From Cyanobacteria bacterium P01_A01_bin.123 (GTDB lineage Bacteria; Cyanobacteriota; Cyanobacteriia; Phormidesmidales; Phormidesmidaceae): a stretch of DNA of 64,000 bases. Position 1 is the first letter of the stretch; the number at the start of each line of letters is the position of its first letter. The notes under the pieces were generated by a model. It made no database searches. It saw only the letters and a program-made list of their open reading frames with translations, and had not been told where the DNA came from. A program made the translations under genes and the position numbers. This document shows positions 60,763 through 64,000 of this stretch, piece by piece. The stretch lies in the NCBI GenBank assembly GCA_039815185.1, contig JBCBZT010000023.1:32001-96000 (forward strand), in the 5' to 3' direction.

Positions 60763-61947
60763 TCAGGAGCCCCTCCAAAACAGCCCAATCAACAGAGCGA
60801 TTGGAGAAACGACCAAGATCCATAGGGCATTTTCTAGCCCAAATTGCTGGGCCACCATCCCCAACCCTAATGGCGCTAAACTCCCGACAAAACCAAACAG
60901 ATTGTTGAGGGTCATAACGGTGCCACTTTGTTGGGGCATGGCCGTGTACAGTTGCCCCTGCAAAATTGAGTACCAGCCAGCGTTGAGGAATCCTAGACAC
61001 CCCAAAAGGACTATCTTGGCGATGGGATTGGGCATCAGCAAAAAGGCCGGGTAAAGGCATAGCACCAGACTAACACTGACTCGCAGATAGGACAGACTCC
61101 GAATCCTCTCCAGTAGGGGAACTAAGAGAAAATCTCCGAGTAAACCAATGCCCAACCAAATCGCGATCGCGAGACTGGCCTCGGCAGTAGTTACCCCCAC
61201 CACCTTGACAAAGTAAAGGGCCACAAACCCGGCTAACACATCCAGCATCAGATCGGAAAATTGCAGCAGCGTCAGCCAACGCAATACAGACGATCGCCTC
61301 AATGCCGCAATGGCATTTTTGAGCCCCGCTTTAAAACTGCTGGGCTGGCGTTCTTCGGATGGCGTCGCAAAGCTGATCGGGTATTTCCAGAGTCGTGATA
61401 GCAGTAGGCCTGTGGCCATGCCTATTAGGAGAAACGCACCACGCCAGCTTTGATGCAGCGCGATCGCGCCTGTCAACATCAACGGCCCCATCACATTGCC
61501 CAGGGAACCGGCCAACACCCAACGGGCCATGTTTTGCTGGTGACGGTTGGGTTCGAGATCCATTAAAGTGGCCTGGCACAAGTTGACAAAGCTACCGGAA
61601 GACGGTGCCAGGAGCACTAGCCCAGCCAGCAATGTGACAAAGTCTTGGCTCAGGTAAAGCAAAAATGTGGCGATCGCAAAGCCAACCCCGCCCCCTAAAA
61701 TCAAGGCCCGCCGTGGGCCAATATCACCCCAAATCCCCACAATGGGCTCTATTGTGCTGGCGATGACGTTAGGGAGGGTCATCGCTAGCCCGAGCTGGAT
61801 GTAGGAAAGGTGTAAATCTTCAGCAATTAGGGGCCAAGCACCAACCAGTACCCCATAAATTAATTCGTCTAGCAGTTCAACAGCCAGGAAGATAAAGGTC
61901 ACCCCCATGACTGCCCTAGCAGTTTTGTGTTTACCCGTGAATGGCAT
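60763..61947 (-). CDS. MFS transporter
   Basis: About 12 TM helices; EP..G..GD.G.RR, QA.LMD, MARW..AGS.G..GP. Confidence 0.9.
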   Translation of the reverse strand: MPFTGKHKTARAVMGVTFIFLAVELLDELIYGVLVGAWPLIAEDLHLSYIQLGLAMTLPNVIASTIEPIVGIWGDIGPRRALILGGGVGFAIATFLLYLSQDFVTLLAGLVLLAPSSGSFVNLCQATLMDLEPNRHQQNMARWVLAGSLGNVMGPLMLTGAIALHQSWRGAFLLIGMATGLLLSRLWKYPISFATPSEERQPSSFKAGLKNAIAALRRSSVLRWLTLLQFSDLMLDVLAGFVALYFVKVVGVTTAEASLAIAIWLGIGLLGDFLLVPLLERIRSLSYLRVSVSLVLCLYPAFLLMPNPIAKIVLLGCLGFLNAGWYSILQGQLYTAMPQQSGTVMTLNNLFGFVGSLAPLGLGMVAQQFGLENALWILVVSPIALLIGLFWRGS

Positions 61948-62179
61948 TGTGGAAATCCCCTGCGTTTAAAGCATCTGTTCAGTGCAAATTGCGTCGAGGC
62001 ACTGGACAGGGTGGGGGAATCCACGAACAAAACTGTTGCCTTACCTGTTCTTGCGAGATGGGTGAGGCAAATGCTGGCTGTAAAGGGGAATTAGAAAGTT
62101 ACCAGGGCGGAAATTTCATCGCGAATCATGAATCAGAACATTTGTAGTGTATTGTAGCACAATGAAATTCTTTGCGGCC

Positions 62180-62635
62180 TTAAGTCTTTTCACGTCGCAG
62201 TACGAGACCTGCTGCAGCAAAATCTTCATTGCCCTCGAGTCTGCCTTCAACTCGCTTGATCACCTTAAACCCTTCAGAGAGATATAGTCCTAGGGCAGGT
62301 GTGTTGCCTTCAAGTGTTTCAATTTCTAGGGTTGTTGCTGAGTCTGCCACAGCATGACGAACCAGCGCTCGCCCCACCCCTTTGCGATAAAACTTCGGAT
62401 CAACATAGAGCCAAGTGAGTTCTCCATCACCGTAAGCCACAAACCCCTGGACGATATTATCGACTTCTGCCACAAAGACCTTGGCATCAAATAGACCTTC
62501 GTTATCGGCAGTTTGCTCAAGGGTAAGAAATGCATCTGTACCGACGGTTAAACCCAGTTCATCTAGTCGTGATGCGTCATGTATTTTGCAGAGTCTAGAC
62601 CAGTCGGCAGATTCATAAGGGCGGATGTTGATCAT
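62180..62635 (-). CDS. GNAT family N-acetyltransferase
   Basis: WLYVDP...RKGVGRAL, N.PA..LY...GF. Confidence 0.93.
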   Translation of the reverse strand: MINIRPYESADWSRLCKIHDASRLDELGLTVGTDAFLTLEQTADNEGLFDAKVFVAEVDNIVQGFVAYGDGELTWLYVDPKFYRKGVGRALVRHAVADSATTLEIETLEGNTPALGLYLSEGFKVIKRVEGRLEGNEDFAAAGLVLRREKT

Positions 62636-62805
62636 AGATAATTACTAATGATTGAACGCTTCAACTGCTTCGTCTTCAAGACGGAACTCAATAGCAGTCT
62701 CATCTTTATCTACTATTGCTAGATATCTCTAAGAAGATACGACCAACAGTTCATCAGAGTTTGCCCTGTAGCCAATCTTAGTCAAACTACCAACTACTAC
62801 AACCC

Positions 62806-63468
62806 CTAGCATGGCTTGAGGCAGGCGATCGCCCGTTGAAAAAGCCCCTTAGCAAACGCCTCATCCAACGGCAAATGCTGCACCAACAATCGATAGTAGA
62901 TGGGCCCATACAAAATATCTATCGCCAAGTCTGGATCTAGCGCTGGGTCAAATTCACCTGACTCCATACCCTGCATAATCACCTGCCGAGCTGCGTCGCG
63001 ACGGGGGGATAGGAAGCGATCGCGAAAGCTCTCTAACGCCCCTGGCTCACATTGCCCTTCCGCAATAATCTGAGCCACAATTCGTCCGACATCGCCACGA
63101 AAGACTCCTACCAGTCGCTGCATCTGTTGTGCTAAAGCTTCGGCAGCAGTTTCTGTTTCGGGGAAAGGTAAGACGGTTTGCACTTGGGCTAAAAAGGCAT
63201 CGACAATCAACGCGGCTTTGCTAGGCCACCAGCGGTAAATGGTGGTTTTGCCGACCCCAGCTGCACGGGCGATCGCCTCGATAGAGACCTGTTTCACACT
63301 GCTCTCTTGCAGTAGCCGCCAAGCTGCCGCCAAAATTGCCTGTTCAGAGTCAACTGAGCGAGGCCGCCCCATGGGAGACGGAGGGGCGACTGCTGTCTGA
63401 TTTGCTGTTGTTTGAGTGGACTTGCGGACGGATGGCTTAGATTTTGCAGCTACTTTTTGTCGTGGCAT
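62806..63468 (-). CDS. TetR/AcrR family regulator
   Basis: GRPRS, SIEAIARAAGVGKTTIYRWWPSK, GPIYYRLL. Confidence 0.94.
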   Translation of the reverse strand: MPRQKVAAKSKPSVRKSTQTTANQTAVAPPSPMGRPRSVDSEQAILAAAWRLLQESSVKQVSIEAIARAAGVGKTTIYRWWPSKAALIVDAFLAQVQTVLPFPETETAAEALAQQMQRLVGVFRGDVGRIVAQIIAEGQCEPGALESFRDRFLSPRRDAARQVIMQGMESGEFDPALDPDLAIDILYGPIYYRLLVQHLPLDEAFAKGLFQRAIACLKPC

Positions 63469-63510
63469 ACCTTGCCCTTCAGCGACTCTGAGCTTTTCTA
63501 AGATTATATA

Positions 63511-63600
63511 CGATACGCAGCGTAAAGAAACTTCTTCAAAAGGGTTGACACTTTCGATACGAATCGTTTAGAAAATATGTATACGAAACGAATCGTTTCG
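63511..63600. promoter_or_regulatory. Three TetR operator-like dyads overlapping divergent promoters
   Basis: CGATACGCAGCGTAAAG (63511), CGATACGAATCGTTTAG (63555), CGAAACGAATCGTTTCG (63584); TTGACA at 63545. Confidence 0.7.
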
Positions 63601-63636
63601 ATAGTCAAGTGCTATTCGCAAAAGGACATTGAGCTG

Positions 63637-64000
63637 ATGAACATCCAAGCAGCACCACAAACGTTTAACTTAGGCGGCGACTTGACCGTTAAGCGCCTTG
63701 GCTATGGCGCGATGCGCCTTACGGGGCAACCCGGTAATTTTGGCCCCTATGCGGATTGGGAAGGGGGCAAAGCCCTGCTGCGTCGTGTTGTTGAACTTGG
63801 CGTGAACTTTATCGATACGGCTGAGGCTTATGGGCCGGGTGCCAATGAAGACATCATTGCCGATGCCCTGCATCCCTATCCAGAAAATTTGGTCATTGCC
63901 ACCAAAGGCGGGATTTCCAAACCTGCCCCAGACAATATTCGAGTCGACGGCAGCCCTGAGAGCCTGCGGCGTGGGGTTGAGGGTAGTTTGCAGCGACTGA
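63637..64000 (+). CDS. Aldo/keto reductase (YdbC-like), truncated by the window end
   Basis: Manual translation MNIQAAPQTF..RLGYGAMRL..FIDTAEAYG..IATKGG..SLQRL; not in the ORF track. Confidence 0.92.
   Translation, partial: MNIQAAPQTFNLGGDLTVKRLGYGAMRLTGQPGNFGPYADWEGGKALLRRVVELGVNFIDTAEAYGPGANEDIIADALHPYPENLVIATKGGISKPAPDNIRVDGSPESLRRGVEGSLQRL

Noticed and set aside
62640..62800. Possible gene relic upstream of the GNAT gene (minus frame with an internal stop)
   Set aside because: Too short and no recognisable family.

Overview
A 64 kb chromosomal window from a cyanobacterium. The HIP1 octamer GCGATCGC is very frequent and the gene content suggests a filamentous Leptolyngbya/Nodosilinea-like organism (inference). 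It holds about 58 protein-coding genes. A housekeeping core (DUF212-crtE-folD, uppS, bioB, MacB-like ABC transporter) is surrounded by many small accessory regulator-plus-enzyme modules (TetR, LysR, MerR, MocR, ECF sigma/anti-sigma; AKR, SDR, RidA, GNAT, MFS). Other content: katG, c-di-GMP and cAMP signalling proteins, an AttEFGH-like ABC operon, a ~124 bp MITE and several gene relics. I saw no rRNA, tRNA, CRISPR array or transposase. The top finding is an AT-rich orphan gene (3839-5014, minus) fusing a degenerate YbaK/ProX-type aminoacyl-tRNA editing domain to an XYP-type tRNA-dependent cyclodipeptide synthase domain that keeps all four catalytic residues. Also notable: (1) a STAND (NB-ARC-like/TPR) regulator divergent from a diiron ferritin-like gene, with helically phased CCGAC repeats between them; (2) a katG / small membrane ORF / peroxiredoxin-like cluster in which the peroxidatic Cys is replaced; (3) a structured uORF-containing leader in front of an MFS gene; (4) a degenerate LysR duplication starting at a HIP1 site. 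All family assignments come from recognising motifs by eye; no database search was run.
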